From Octopus sinensis (Eukaryota): a stretch of DNA of 64,000 nt. This document shows positions 38,926-52,850 of the stretch, in pieces (within the stretch, counting starts at the first letter, position 1; every line of letters begins with the position of its first letter). The stretch is taken from the NCBI RefSeq assembly GCF_006345805.1, contig NC_043006.1, positions 10,106,001 to 10,170,000 on the forward strand. Direction: 5' to 3'. The position numbers and the translations under genes are program-made. The notes beneath the pieces were generated by a model. That model was not told where the DNA came from. It did not search any database and was given only the letters and a program-made list of their open reading frames with translations.

Positions 38926-39449
38926 TAATAATAGTAATAATAACAATAATAATAATGGTCGATGTGTTCAGGATTGAAAGCAGAAACTGTAGGTAACATT
39001 CAGGTGGCATAATATCAAATCTTGTGTACAGAAATTAGCTGGTTAACTTTCTCCAAAGTAATACTGCACGTAAATGCAGATTCTGTGATACAATTGATAA
39101 AACATCAGCTGATCTTGGGCCGGTATGTCATGCGCTGGTACCAACCAAATACAATAATTTCCACGAAGTATAGTATGTGCATATATAAACACTAGAAAAT
39201 CGACACTCCTACGAACTGATAGAATATCATCCTGCACCAGTAGTCGAAGGTAAAAATGTCACAATACTCCGCGATTTTCCAGTCAACTCTTACAGCAAGA
39301 ACCAGGACATTTGACTAAACAATTATTAGAGACAGGCAAGAAATTAGTTGTAGACTAATGTGGTAACTGATTAAAGTACATCTGAAAAGGAATTTATACC
39401 CGAAAAGAAATTTACATCTCAAAAAATATTTATGTCTAAAAAGAAATTT

Positions 39450-39610
39450 ACTCAGTAAATATAAGTGCCTGGAAATTGAAATACAATAGGATACTATAAG
39501 CGAGAAATATCAGAAACGTCTAGACGACATCCCAGGAGAAAGATATATCATAGAAATCCAAAAGACTGTGCTAACATGTACAGTCGACGTCCATAGAAAT
39601 ACTATTATCA
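39450..39610 (+). mobile_element. R4/Dong-like non-LTR element C-terminal remnant
   Basis: LSKYKCLEIEI*..KRLDDIPG..IIEIQKTVLTCT resembles the EKLSKYKDLEIEI...IQKIALLGTAHILR pattern. Confidence 0.45.
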
Positions 39611-41099
39611 TTTTAGAAGTTTATGTTTTATTATATGAATGTATTTCCCGCCCCAAGCTTTTACTAACATTTCATCATTTCTTAATCTTGACTTACAATA
39701 AGGGGCCAAATATCTCCCTGCAGGTGATTATACCAAACGTGCGGATTAAAAGAAAAACAATGATGTTGATGGTGGTGGCGGTGTTCGTGGTGGATGATGA
39801 TGATGATGATGTTGATGATGAGGAGGAGGATTTTCAGACTATGATAAGCAGAACACAAAGAAAAAAGGCAACTCGGGCGCAACACTCATTTTCAACACTT
39901 TATTCCAAAATGGTTAGCAACGTCGATGTCATCTATTAGTCTATAATGAATGTAATATAGGATAGAATATTAGTGTTAAACATAGATAAGCTCAAGACAT
40001 ACAATAAAGTTGGCAATACCTAAAACTTTTCATAGACACTCAATAAATACAAGAAAAATGTAACCAGAGGAAATTAATTACTCCATTCTTTATTATTTCT
40101 GTTTCTCTCTACATAACACTCCTCTCGACTTATAAGTAAATAGCTTGTTTCAGTTTCATTTATCAAACTATACAAGGATAGAGTGAAATATAACAATATC
40201 AAAGATGTTTGGTTATTTTCTAATACACACCAAACTGGTTGCTGTTCATACAGAGAAGGACAGAAAACATGAAGATGCCTTTAGGCTTGAGATTTATTTT
40301 GTTATTTTGAGAACTTCTCTTCAGTATCTGCGTAGAATTATAAGAAGTACATATTCGTATTATGTTGTTTAAACATATAGCATAGATTCTTGGCGATGTG
40401 AGAGACTTTGTAACTACAGAAATACTCTTAGAAATACTCTTTGTATATATTTAAAATATTCTTTAATTGTATAAACAACTATATTAGGCGGAATTCATAT
40501 ATTTTTCTTTTGCTTGTATCAGCGCACTTTGGCAAAGCTGAAGTACCGGTTTGAAGTGATTTGGTCGAACAACTCCATCCCAGATTGGCTTTTTATCTAG
40601 TATTTACTGCATTGGTTCTAATGCTGAACGGCTAAGTTACGGAGAGGTAAACAAACCAGCACCGGTTGTCAAACAATAGTTGGACAAACAGGAAAACACA
40701 CGCGCTTGTACATACACACACAAACATACGCACTCAGACACACATACACGCACACACACACTCTTATATATAGGGGAATAATAAAATGAAATAAAGAAAA
40801 GGCAGACTAGTTATAAAAGTAATATCTTTTTTATAAAAACAAAATTATATAAATACAAAGAAATGATTTGAGGTGGTAATAAGAAATATAAAATCGTTAT
40901 TATGTGTGAATATTCAAAATTCATACCGGTTTTGTCATCACTGTTCACTGACTTTGAATCAACACCGATTGGAAATCGATGTTGGGTTTAATAGTACCGA
41001 GTGAAAAGATTGCATGCAAGTGAGTTAAGCATTTCGGAAAGTGATGCAATTAAGCTAGATATGATGGGATGCATTAGGATTAGTAGGATTATTGGTATT

Positions 41100-41380
41100 G
41101 ATAAGGTTACTATTGTCCTGCTTTAAGTTGTGTGTTCATGTTTATTAATGAAAGATACCTCTTTATTTGTCTTTATGGCGCTGAGGTGTTCTAAGAACAT
41201 TGATAAAAAGGGAAAAATTACGAAACTTGGTTTAATGTTCCTAGCGCATCTATCTATGTTCTCACTGACCTTTACCTCTCTATATTGTGGAAAGCGGATT
41301 TGAGCTTTATGAAATGCTGTTTTTCGTCTAAGGGACATTCGCATTTGGCCTACATAGTTGTTGCCGCAGCTAATCATGTA
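41100..41380 (-). mobile_element. GIY-YIG endonuclease fragment (PLE-like)
   Basis: ISCGNNYVGQMRMSLRRKTAFHKAQIRFPQYREVKVSENIDRCARNIKPSFVIFPF..KEVSFINKH. Confidence 0.65.
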
Positions 41381-44133
41381 TTTTTATGTATACATCTTTG
41401 TTTTTATTTTTAAAAAAGGCCATTATTTTCATACCAAGTGTACATTTTCTTCTTTTTTATTTGTCTCCTATTTATACCACGTGTAGCCTTTATTCTTTGA
41501 AACCTGTTTCTATTATATATATATATATATACGTACATACAAACACACACACACACACCATTTCTTTGTCTTATGAAGATAATTCGCAAATAATTTATCA
41601 GGAAACGAAAGTATAATCTGAATAGTTGTCTTTAGCCACAAATCAAACTTCCTTCAGTGTATATATATAAGATGTGAAGATCTACGGGGTTTGATTTGAA
41701 AGATACTTGGTAGATAAATGTAGCTGGCAAAATGCAATTCTTCACGCAACGATAGCAAGCAATATATTTGACTGTGTGCAGTAAATGCACCACTGCGTAC
41801 GGAAATCATGAATATATGCCAGAATTAAACGTAGGAGGTAGCAGTCACATGAAGCGGCGTTGTTGTGTTTCCTGAGATACATTTTAGCTGTAGTTTTCGC
41901 TTAGCACCAAATAATATTTTGGCTTTATTTATAGAAAACACCATTATTTGTTTCCATATACAACCAAGTAAGTGAAATATGTTGTTGTTTATATGAAAAA
42001 TAAGAAAACGAAAATTACAAGTAAAATGAAAATATATTTTAAAGAAAAAAGCTAAGTAGATATTTGGTCGTGTATCAAATGTGAAAAACAGTGTTTTATA
42101 CGAGTAATCATTTACGTTAACAACAGATGTCATCTCGTACTCAAACCACTGCAATTTTCCTGTCAAATATATATACATTAATATCAACATACTATATGGT
42201 GACATACACTTCTAAATAGAAATTGGCGGCCATTCATCATTGACTAAAACAATTGAAATATACATTTGTGTGTATGTGTGCATGTGTGTGTGGTGTGTGT
42301 GTGTGTGTGTGTGTGTGTTAATGTACTCATACACCACTGATTTGCCTTCAACTGTTTTGTCCAGTAATTCTTGCAATACAGATACATCTTACCAGCTGAT
42401 ATCTGAATTTCCAGTCATTCTGTCAAACACTTTGTCACGTGAGTCGCCGTAAGTCATTTGCAATAATTTCATTTCCTATATATCTCCTTCAATTTCAAGT
42501 TATGACAAATGCTGCCTAGCCTTGTCGCTCTCTTCCACAAATAGATTTTGTTCTGGGTTTGTGCGTAACATAAACGTGTATCTGTATCAGCGCAAGGATA
42601 TTTTGTAGTGATGAGTTCTTTCCGGTATGAATTCTGCTGAGATGGTAGTCACTCTTGTTTAAGAAACAAAAAATAGCTACAGAAGTTGTGAATATGCCGA
42701 TTCTTTACAGAAGGAATTGATGCTCATGCTCGTATTTATAATTAGAGATTAGAACCAATAAAACCTGCGTCTACTTGTATTTCATAAAATCCAGCCTAAA
42801 TTGAACTGGATTAAACAATCCCACATTATGCGTAATATCGCAAAGCTTATATCAACCCATCTTTAACATTTTTTAATACTTTCAAAGAAGCGATATTTCT
42901 TCGAGTTTAATTTACTTTCTAAGTATGCGAACAGGAAATATTTATTTCTTCATCCATACATACGCACTCATTGTACAATACAAGAAACATTCAAATAGAA
43001 ATAAGTGTCCAATGTATACATTAAAGATACATTATGAAAGCAATAAACGCAAAACCAAAAGTACACAACATAGGAGAGACAAGTTTCCAGAAATATTTTA
43101 TTAGCGTAACACTTAATAGAAAGGGGAAAAAATGTTTTGGAAGCTAGTCCTTCAGCAGACGAAAATGTAGATCAATATATAGAAAATGTAGGAGGTGTGA
43201 AAGAGAAATAGATGGAAAATTGAAAGTAAAATGAGATGAAAAAAACTTACAGAAGGGAAAACAAGGAGAAAAAGATGGAGAAAGTGAGGGATAGACAGGA
43301 GATTACGTACAGCAAAATAAGTAGGGAAACAGAAATGAAAGATTTACATATATGTTAATATTATATAATGAAAGTACAGACGCATGAATACATAATTGTA
43401 ATAGTTATAAGATTTTATATTTTGTACTTGAGAGTGTATAAACATATATTTTACTTTTTGTGAGAAAAATTGCGATAAGATCGACACGCTCAACATTTCA
43501 ACCAGTATGTTATTATAATCAGTAATTGTATATAACCTCAGGTGTATAAAAAGCAAATATACAATGTTTTTAATACACATCTAGTTTGCAAATTTTTATT
43601 TTCTCGTTTATTTATAAATATACACCGTTCAGAAAATGTCACACCACATTTTTCCAAATGTTGTAGACAATTTTCTCTATACAATTTAATTTCACGTCTC
43701 TCCGTCTCTTTGTACCTTAAAATATCTCTACGAGTTGTCTTACTAACGGAGAGTTTGATAATTGACTGGGATCTATTTTGGTGACTTTATTAGAAAAAGG
43801 GTAGTAAAATGCATTATTAGTAAAAATATTGAAATATCATCTATTTATATGGGAAGATAAATGCGATTTCCATCTATCAGTACGTAAACGTGTACGTGTA
43901 CTTTTGCATCTAAATTGTATCCATTCAAATAAAAACTTTTCGCGTTATTTCTAAAATGTTACTACCATTGCTTCGTATGTTTATAAAACTTATTGATCTT
44001 AGCAATGAATATTTTTTTCTTTTCTTCGTTTCTTTTAATTGTTCTCATGCCTGTTAGATATATATAAAACTGTTTGGGTTTCTCTGCTGAACGGTTTCAA
44101 TACGGAATTTCATTTATAATGTAAATTTTCATC

Positions 44134-44163
44134 TCCAGACGTTTCGACATTCGCTCATGTGAA
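44134..44163 (-). ncRNA. Degenerate hammerhead motif (2-nt core deletion)
   Basis: TTCA-CATGA-GCGAATGTC-GAAA-CGT-C-TGGA. Confidence 0.25.
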
Positions 44164-44205
44164 AAGATTTATAAATCGATTTAGTAGAAGGAAACTGAAT
44201 ATATA

Positions 44206-44316
<111 letters not shown>

Positions 44317-44539
44317 TATATGTGTGTTGTGTGTGTGTGTGTGTGTGTGTTTGTGTAAATAATGTGTATCACCAACTGAACATGGCTGTTCCGTATAAAC
44401 TGACGTTACTACTGGCGTTTTCTAAGGAACAGCCCTAGGTGAAGTGGCGATAAGCATTAAATCTCAGTATAATTACTATTTTCATCACTTACAGAGATAG
44501 TCTACCTATTTGATATATATATATATATATATATATATC

Positions 44540-44586
44540 AAAACTGTCCGATGAACGGCAACGGGAAACTCAGAGTAACAGGTTTT
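44540..44586 (+). ncRNA. Very compact type-I hammerhead motif
   Basis: AAAACTGT-CCGATGA-A-CG-GCAA-CG-G-GAAA-CTC-A-GAG-T-A-ACAG(G)TTTT. Helix II is closed by a GNRA loop; predicted GUA cleavage after 44577. Confidence 0.7.
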
Positions 44587-44736
44587 GTTGAATTTTCTGC
44601 TGCTTTAAATAAAGTATGATTGATTGATTGATTCTAGTTTCAGCTTATGAGCTGTGGCCATGCTGAGGCACCGCCATTATATGTATATATATATATATAT
44701 ACACATATATATGAATGCATATATGTATATATATAT

Positions 44737-44805
<69 letters not shown>

Positions 44806-44903
44806 GTGTGTACATATGTATATATTATATATATATAATACATATATACAGATAGAGAGGAGAAAGAGAAATATGTATATGTGAGTGTACATATGATTAT
44901 GAG

Positions 44904-44942
<39 letters not shown>

Positions 44943-45690
44943 TCATACTTCACATACATATATATATACGTATATGTATCTATGCATATGCGTGCGCCTG
45001 TGTCTGTATGTGTTTAAGGAGTGTATTCGTGGATATTTCAAGGTGCAGAGAAGTTGACAGAACTCCAAGATTGGAATATAAACCTCAACAATTTTGTGAA
45101 TACAAACATATTTGTTGCATCCTATAGTGTTCACTATAACATATACAGCATCATTATATAACAACAGTTTCCACGAAACATTAAAATATGCAAGCTACTC
45201 TCCACTGCTTCGTCTGGTCGCTGATATCAGTGACATATAAGAAGCTAATTTGTATATAATTAAAACAGTTGCACCGTCACAAGCAAAGCTACAAGCAGAA
45301 TTAAAATGCGACATTTCAGTTCTCCTTGTAGACTTTTCTTTCGAAGTCAGACAATATATTGTGTGTAAGGAAGTAATATTTGCTTCTTTCTTACGATACA
45401 GCGTCAGATTTATCTTTTATTTGTTTAAGGACTGCAACTATATTGGGGAACTTCTTTGAAGTGTTTAGTGAAAGAAATTGATCGCAGTATATATATTTAA
45501 ATCTTGGTTCTTATTCTATCGATCACTTTGAGTTGCATGGACGTTAAAACGACAACACACGTTGCCAAGCAGTGGTAGAAGACATACACACACACACATA
45601 TACAGAAAAACCACACGCCACACACACACACAAACACACACATGTATATATGCATATATATGTGTGTGTGTGTGTGTGTGTATGGAACAA

Positions 45691-45814
45691 AACAGTTTTA
45701 TTCAAATTCGTTAGTACTCTTGAGTTTCAAGCCTGATGCTAGTCGTCAGCTATAGATGACGAAAAGCATCGCGCTTGAAACTCAAGAGTACCAGCGAATT
45801 TGAATAAAACTGTT
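45691..45814. repeat. 124-bp palindrome made of two head-to-head hammerhead-like motifs
   Basis: Arms match at 55 of 62 positions around the central CTATAG. Minus arm: TAG-CTGACGA..GAAA-CTCAAGAG-TA-CTA. Plus arm: TAG-ATGACGA..GAAA-CTCAAGAG-TA-CCA. Confidence 0.85.
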
Positions 45815-45926
45815 ATGATTCATACAGGTAACTCCCAATATATTGCATGTGTGTATCTTTTACGTTTGTCCACTCACTTGTAAATATATAATTATGTATA
45901 TATATATATATGTATATAAATATATA

Positions 45927-46337
45927 GGCGCATAGTGGCTGCGTCGTAAGTAGCTTGCTAACCAACCACATGGTTCTGGGTTCAGTCCCACTGCGTGGCA
46001 TCTTGGGCAAGTGTCTTCTGCTATAGCCCCGGGCCGACCAATGCCTTGTGAGTGGATTTGGTAGACGGAAACTGAAAGAAGCCTGTCGTATATATGTATA
46101 TAAATATATGTATGTGTGTGTGTTTGTGTGTCTGTGTTTGTTCCCCTAGCATTGCTTGACAACCGATGCTGGTGTGTTTACGTCCCCGTCACTTAGCGGT
46201 TCGGCAAAAAGAGACCGATAGCATAAGTACTGGGCTTACAAAAAGAATAAGTCCCGGGGTCGAGTTGCTCGACTAAAGGCGGTGCTCCAGCATGGCCGCA
46301 GTCAAATGACTGAAACAAGTAAAAGAGTAAAGAGTAA
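45927..46337 (+). mobile_element. SINE family B, full length
   Basis: All modules present. Confidence 0.9.
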
Positions 46338-47334
46338 TATATATATAAACATATATATATATATATATATAGATATATATATATATATATAATAGAATAT
46401 ATATATGAGATATATATATATATATATACATACATACATACATACATAATATATACATATACTATATATATATTATATATATATACATATATACATATAT
46501 AATTATATATATCATACATACATACATACATACATACATACATACATACATACATACATACATACATACATAATACATATATACAGACATATATATAGTT
46601 TCGAGCTTTATAAAACAACTCATTCTTACATCAATGTATAATCGACATAACAGATAGTTTAAAGCCTTCTTCAGTCGCATGCAATTGCTAGACCAAAGAC
46701 TTGTATCACATTATGAAAGATCTGAGAAAGAACATTTGGTATTATTTATAATGGTAGGTAAACTGAGAATCACTAAGAAAGTATCTTTGTAAAAATTCAT
46801 AATCAAATAGGTGTACAGGGTATTATTGTACTCCAAAAAACCGTCCATACCGTTTTCTCACTCAAAGTATTTAATTTTATAAACATAATTATAAAATTAT
46901 AAGGGCAACTATTGAGTAATGCCACGTGGTAAAACAAGACGCTAACTGGCTCTAAAACTGCTTTATTTATCACAGAGACACGGGCTGAAGCGAGGGAATG
47001 AAGAAAAAAGTTTCTTTTTAAAGTATAGCCAGAGATAGATTTCAGGTTTAGGGATATAATACTCTTTACTCTCCTCAGTATGAAATATCCGAAAGTCCAT
47101 AATTTTAAACATTTATACATACCATACGAACACAATGTATCCACGGTGCATATATATACATTTATATACAAGTTAAGTATAGTCGTCCTTATAATTTTAT
47201 AATTATATTTATTAAAGTAAATACTTTGTATTAAATTTTACCTAAATGTTTTTTTTACATGCTAGCTACTTGATAAAATCGTATATAAATTTTACCGTTG
47301 AATATAATGATATATATGTATACATTTAAGAATG

Positions 47335-47480
47335 TTTGCTTCAGTTTTCGAGCACTTAATCCACTCACATACCTTCAGTCGGTTCCTGACTATTGCAGAA
47401 AGCACTTGCTCAGGTTGCCACATGATGGGAATGAAACCAAAACTATGTGATTCCGGGTAAAGCTTTTTCCACTCAACCAA
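47335..47480 (-). mobile_element. Old SINE family B 5' remnant
   Basis: Weak similarity to the head and CORE region (ATCCACTCACA, CACTTGCTCAGGTTGCCAC). Confidence 0.45.
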
Positions 47481-47610
47481 TGTTTTACATAAACACACAC
47501 GCACACATGCACACACGCATACACATACATATATACATGTATATACACATACACACATATATATGTATATACATATATTCATACTTCACATACATATATA
47601 TATGTATATG

Positions 47611-47674
<64 letters not shown>

Positions 47675-47814
47675 CATACATATACGTATATATATACTTC
47701 ACATACATATATATATGTATGTATATATATATATACATACATATACATATATTTATATATATATACATACATATACGTATATATATGTGAAGTATGAATA
47801 TATATATACGTATG

Positions 47815-47875
<61 letters not shown>

Positions 47876-48407
47876 TATTCACACAAACACAGGTATACAC
47901 ATACATACATATATATTTGGATGATGTCCGTTTGTGGTGGTGCGCGTTGAAGAATGAAATTGTTCTTAATCCCGTTCTACTAAAGAAAACACAGAATGAT
48001 TAAAGCTGAATTTAACTGAATAATCCATCCTTCACAAGCGATCGAGCATCTTATACATGAGACACTCCGTCTCTGAAGCTATGCAGCAGAAATGCAGCAA
48101 CGCAGGTGGCTCCCGGTACCATAACACTTGAAATTAATTAGATTATCTAGGACAAAGTATGTTTGGGTAGGAGCTAGTTGTAACTGTTTTCAAACCAGTA
48201 ACTCACAATGACTAAATGAATTTTATTGGATGAATAACAAGTATCATAATCCATATTTAAACAAGGGGTTCATATGCTTTTGTGTGTATGTGTGCATATG
48301 TGGGTGTGTGCATGTAGGTGTGTGTATGCTTTCGTATAGCCAGCTTATCTCTCTCTCTCTCCAGATATATATATATATATATATGAATATATATCTGTGT
48401 TTGTACT

Positions 48408-48482
<75 letters not shown>

Positions 48483-48519
48483 GAATGAATGTAAGTAAAT
48501 AGAGTTAGATAGAGTTTAT

Positions 48520-49078
48520 ACACAGTGTAAGATTCCCTTATGAGTGAGATCCTGCAGTTTTTAAACTTGGTCATTCCAAGTAGAGAGTCATAGTTATTTT
48601 AGATGTGATACAAAATAAAGAGTGAGGTCGGGGAAAGAAAATAGATGCAAGATATGTAAGGATACTGAAGTTGCAGATTCACTTTTTTAGGCAGAATGGG
48701 ATATATGTAATATTCCAATACCATATGACTAAAGTCTGAAAGTCCAACAGAGTTTAAAATGGTTCCTTCCAAATATAGAGACTCTACAACACTGTGTATA
48801 AATTCTCACACCGTCTCCGATGAAAGGATGTAATTAATAAATATCCTGGAAACAGCTGTAAGACCTTCTATCTATACATGTTCTAATATCTACACAGCCT
48901 TGTTTTTTTTTATCTCATTACGCAATAAATATTTAGATACACACGCTGACATAAAACCAACGTTGAACCCTTATTCGCAAAATTACCGAATCTGGAACTT
49001 AAATATGGCTTGTCTCTAGCACTTATTCAGCATTACCTGGCACCTTTTGGTCTTAATGAGACCATTATCTCTTATAAC
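48520..49078 (+). mobile_element. PLE-type terminal repeat copy with an inverted upstream segment
   Basis: 48807-49078 matches 7207-7467 directly; ~48534-48780 matches ~7009-7125 in reverse complement. Confidence 0.6.
48813..48864 (+). ncRNA. Minimal type-I hammerhead ribozyme motif
   Basis: GTCT-CCGATGA-A[AGGATGT..ATATCCT]G-GAAA-C-AGCT-G-T-A-AGAC. Core, helix I and helix III are identical to 7213, while helix II differs in sequence but still pairs. Confidence 0.72.
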
Positions 49079-49090
49079 CTCAACTTCTCG

Positions 49091-49163
<73 letters not shown>

Positions 49164-51379
49164 TGTATGTGTGCTTGTGTTTATGTACGTGGATCTCTGC
49201 GTTTTTGTTTCTCGCGCATGCTTACTGACTGACAACCGCTGTTGTTTTGTGTATGTACGGCCCTTCAATTCGGGGCCTTAGCATGTTGGCATGCCATGAA
49301 CTTAAACGAAAAGGTAAGGAATAACTGATGTATATCATATACTGTGTTGTATTCATCGTCTTTTATATATTGCAATTGTAACACGCACACACACACGCAC
49401 ACACATAGACACGCATACGTTCACGCACATAAATACGCAGTGTATCTTCCTTTATTGCTAAACAAATTGTTATTATAGCTGTATAACTTTTTATACATTG
49501 AATATAATATCAATCGGTTATTAACCCTAACTAAATATTTAGCTGTAATGTTACTTCAATTAAAAAAGAAACGAGTCGTTTTATAACGTATTTATTCAGC
49601 TTGCTGCCAATGCTGCAACAAAATTTCGATGATCTAACATTTGTTTTTATTTAATAGCAACAACAAATAACAACTAATAGAAATTAAAGAATTCCCCATT
49701 CTATAGTGGAATTCTCGACATTTGGAAATCGAGGAGAATTTTCGTTTACTAGAATTCTGATAGTAAATAACATCACCTTTCTTTGCAAATGTTTTATTGT
49801 AATAAATCACATCAAATTGTCCGCATTGTTCTGTGTTGCATCATCATTAAAACTGTTTATTTGCAGAACTCTCATGAGATCGGAATTATTTTCTCTATGT
49901 CATAACGAAACTCTGACTGTTAACTTCAGTTTCTCTTCAAACCAATCCAGACAGGAACAAAAATACAATAGTTCGAAATATCAATTGCATTATAAAAACA
50001 GCAAATTTGAAACAGAATAAATTTCCAATTCAAAATTGACTTTCAGAAAATATCATATGACTGATTATATTATTCTTTAAATTCTTTAATTCTTGTTATC
50101 TTTAATTTTGGATGAATTTTTTTTGTCGTTTTCTCTTATTACTCGTTTACGAATGTGTACAGTTGTACGGGAAAAGCGTCTTTCATTTTAGTTTCCCGTC
50201 TAATTGTCTGTGGAATATATACGATTCACTTATCGCTATTAGTATTTACGATTGAACATTTCATTATATAAATGTTTGGTATTTCGTTCTCCAAATTATT
50301 TACATAGTTTAGATATTCTTCATTTAATTCAATCAATATTCTATGATTAACTGAAAACGATTTTTTTTTACTCAGGTTATGCTAACATTTGTTAACATAT
50401 ACAAAACACATCACGATAAATCATTCCGCTCACAAGTAGAATAGGAATAATATTTTTATTTGATATATATATTATCCAATCAAAGTGTAAATAGCGTGTT
50501 TACAACTTCAGACGATTCCTCTAAATAAATGCTGAACAAATTTAATTAACTATATTTTTTTTCATAAGAGTGAGAAATATTATTTCCTATAATAGTGAGT
50601 CAGATTTTAAACATTGTCTTCATTTTCGACAGAACGGAAGGATATCTAATATATTCAACAATCATATGTGTTTAACGTATGAATACACTACCGTAATCTT
50701 TCATGCATCAGTAGTCTTTGGATTGCATACATGAATTTCTGGCTAGAACATTTATTACAGGAGATGATTCATCGCCGCGAAGTCGCTTAACGATACATGT
50801 AAACCACTTCGCTCATAGATATGTTGTATCTTCTCTCTGGTTTTCATAGTCTTAACAGTAGCAACTACTCGTAGGAGCTGGCTTTTATCGTGTTACCTCT
50901 ACAGAACGAGTTCAGATTCACCTGTTTCCTGATATGCAATATGTAAACAAAATTCACCCGGCCACCATACTAATATTGGTTTCAAACTTTTGGGACAAGG
51001 CCAGCTATTTCTTGGAAGGTGAGCAAGTCAATTACATCGACCCTAGTTGCCAACTAGTACATATTTTATTGAACCCATCGTTATTTGAACTCGGAGCGTG
51101 AAGTCAAAAGTGATGCCCCTAAGCATTTTGTTCGAAGCGGTAACGATTTACCCGCACGCCACCCTTGCTTTATATTGATTAAATTCAAATTCATTCTGCC
51201 ACAGAAGACCGTCCAGTTAGAATTACATATCCACATCTCTTTATGCTGTCGTCATTTTGCAAGTTTTGTGAGCAATATTAAGGTAGACATTCTAAGCGGT
51301 TTGGGAGAACTTGTGGATTTGACACAGCCTTCTGTCCAATTAACAGCAATACAAAAATAAGGAAATAAAATGCTTCATT

Positions 51380-51810
51380 CAAGTTTTGGCACTAGGCCAA
51401 CGATATCGGGAGAGGGGATAAATCGATTACATCAACCCCTGTACTTAGTTGGTAATACTTTTATCGACTGCGGAAGGATGAAATGCAAAGCCGATCCCGA
51501 TACAACTTGAACTCATTAAACGTAAAGCCAGAAGAAATACCTATTTCTTTACTACCCACAAGGGGCTAAACACAGAGGGGACAAACGGATTCAGTCGATC
51601 ACATCGACCCCAGTGCGTAACTGGTACTTAATTTATCGACCCCGAAAGGATGAAAGGCAAAGTCGACCTCGGCGTAATTTGAATTCAGAACGTAACGGCA
51701 GACGAAATACCGCTAAGCATTTCGCCCGGCGTGCTAGATTTTCTGCCAGCTCACCAGAAGAAATACCGCTAAGCATTTTGACGGAGGCGGTAAAAATTCT
51801 TCCAGTTCCT
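51380..51810 (-). mobile_element. Young SINE A (51542-51753) inserted in an older SINE A with a 14-bp target-site duplication
   Basis: CCAGAAGAAATACC at 51528-51541 and 51754-51767 flanks the young copy; the old head and body lie on either side. Confidence 0.85.
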
Positions 51811-52850
51811 TCTCTTCAGTAAATAAAATATTGCTATAAAATGAATCACAAGGGAAATCAAGAAAAATACACATTATCTCGCAACAGTGTTAAATATAGG
51901 CACCAGTAAATCATCTGACAAATAAACTTATAGTTATTCTTTTATATTTATTTCTTATCACATTTTTTAATAACAGCTTCGTGGTTACATATTTCTAAGC
52001 GGCCAGTCACTGGTTCCGTCTGTTTACAAAGGTGAGGGTGGTGATAAGAGATAGTCTGCGAAACCCTTTCTGTGTTTGAAAACGGTATGTTATTGATTTT
52101 TCTCACCAATATTTGTATCTTGCGCCGATATAAATTACAAAACTATAGTCCTTATACACATACATTGACGTACACACACACACACACACAACTCGCACAC
52201 ATACACACTCACAACTCACACATACAGTCAAACTCTAGAAGCGCACGCGTATTGAGAAGATGGGGCGCAGTCACACAATTATGGATACATACACATATTC
52301 GCGCTTATTATTGAAGAAGCGGTGAAGGCAAAAACATTCTATGTCTAAATATAATTTCATTTCTCCTGAGCCCTGACAAAGGAAAAACAGAAACAAAAAA
52401 AAAATTCGTCGGAGAACACCATCGGTGAATAAAATATAATTATATCATGTTTGTACAGTTTGTCTCAAATTAATTATTTCCATTTTCATGTTTTTTTTCG
52501 TTTTTATTTCGTAAATAATGAAAAAAATTGACGGCTGTTTACTTCTAAATTTTTCTTTGAGCACGGTGAAGAATAAATCGTTTAAATGTCTGATAATACG
52601 TTATGGAGAGTACAATTGTTCTTGTGTGCCTGGCCACCGCATCTGTCATGGAGCTAAGAAATTTAGTGTTGAATAGAATAATTTAGGTCTTACTATCACC
52701 GTAGTATTTCATCAGTTCTTCTTGTTTGCCTTTTCAAGCGCGAACTTTATTTTCAAGCAGTACCTTTAGCAGGCAACTATCGAAAAGCTGTTTTTTCTGC
52801 TTGAGTAATCGGATGCAAAATGATGTAGAACATGACCGCGGAGGAAACTA

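Noticed and set aside
46641-46680. CTGAAGA-containing motif on the minus strand
   Set aside because: Lacks GAAA, and helix I cannot be closed in register.
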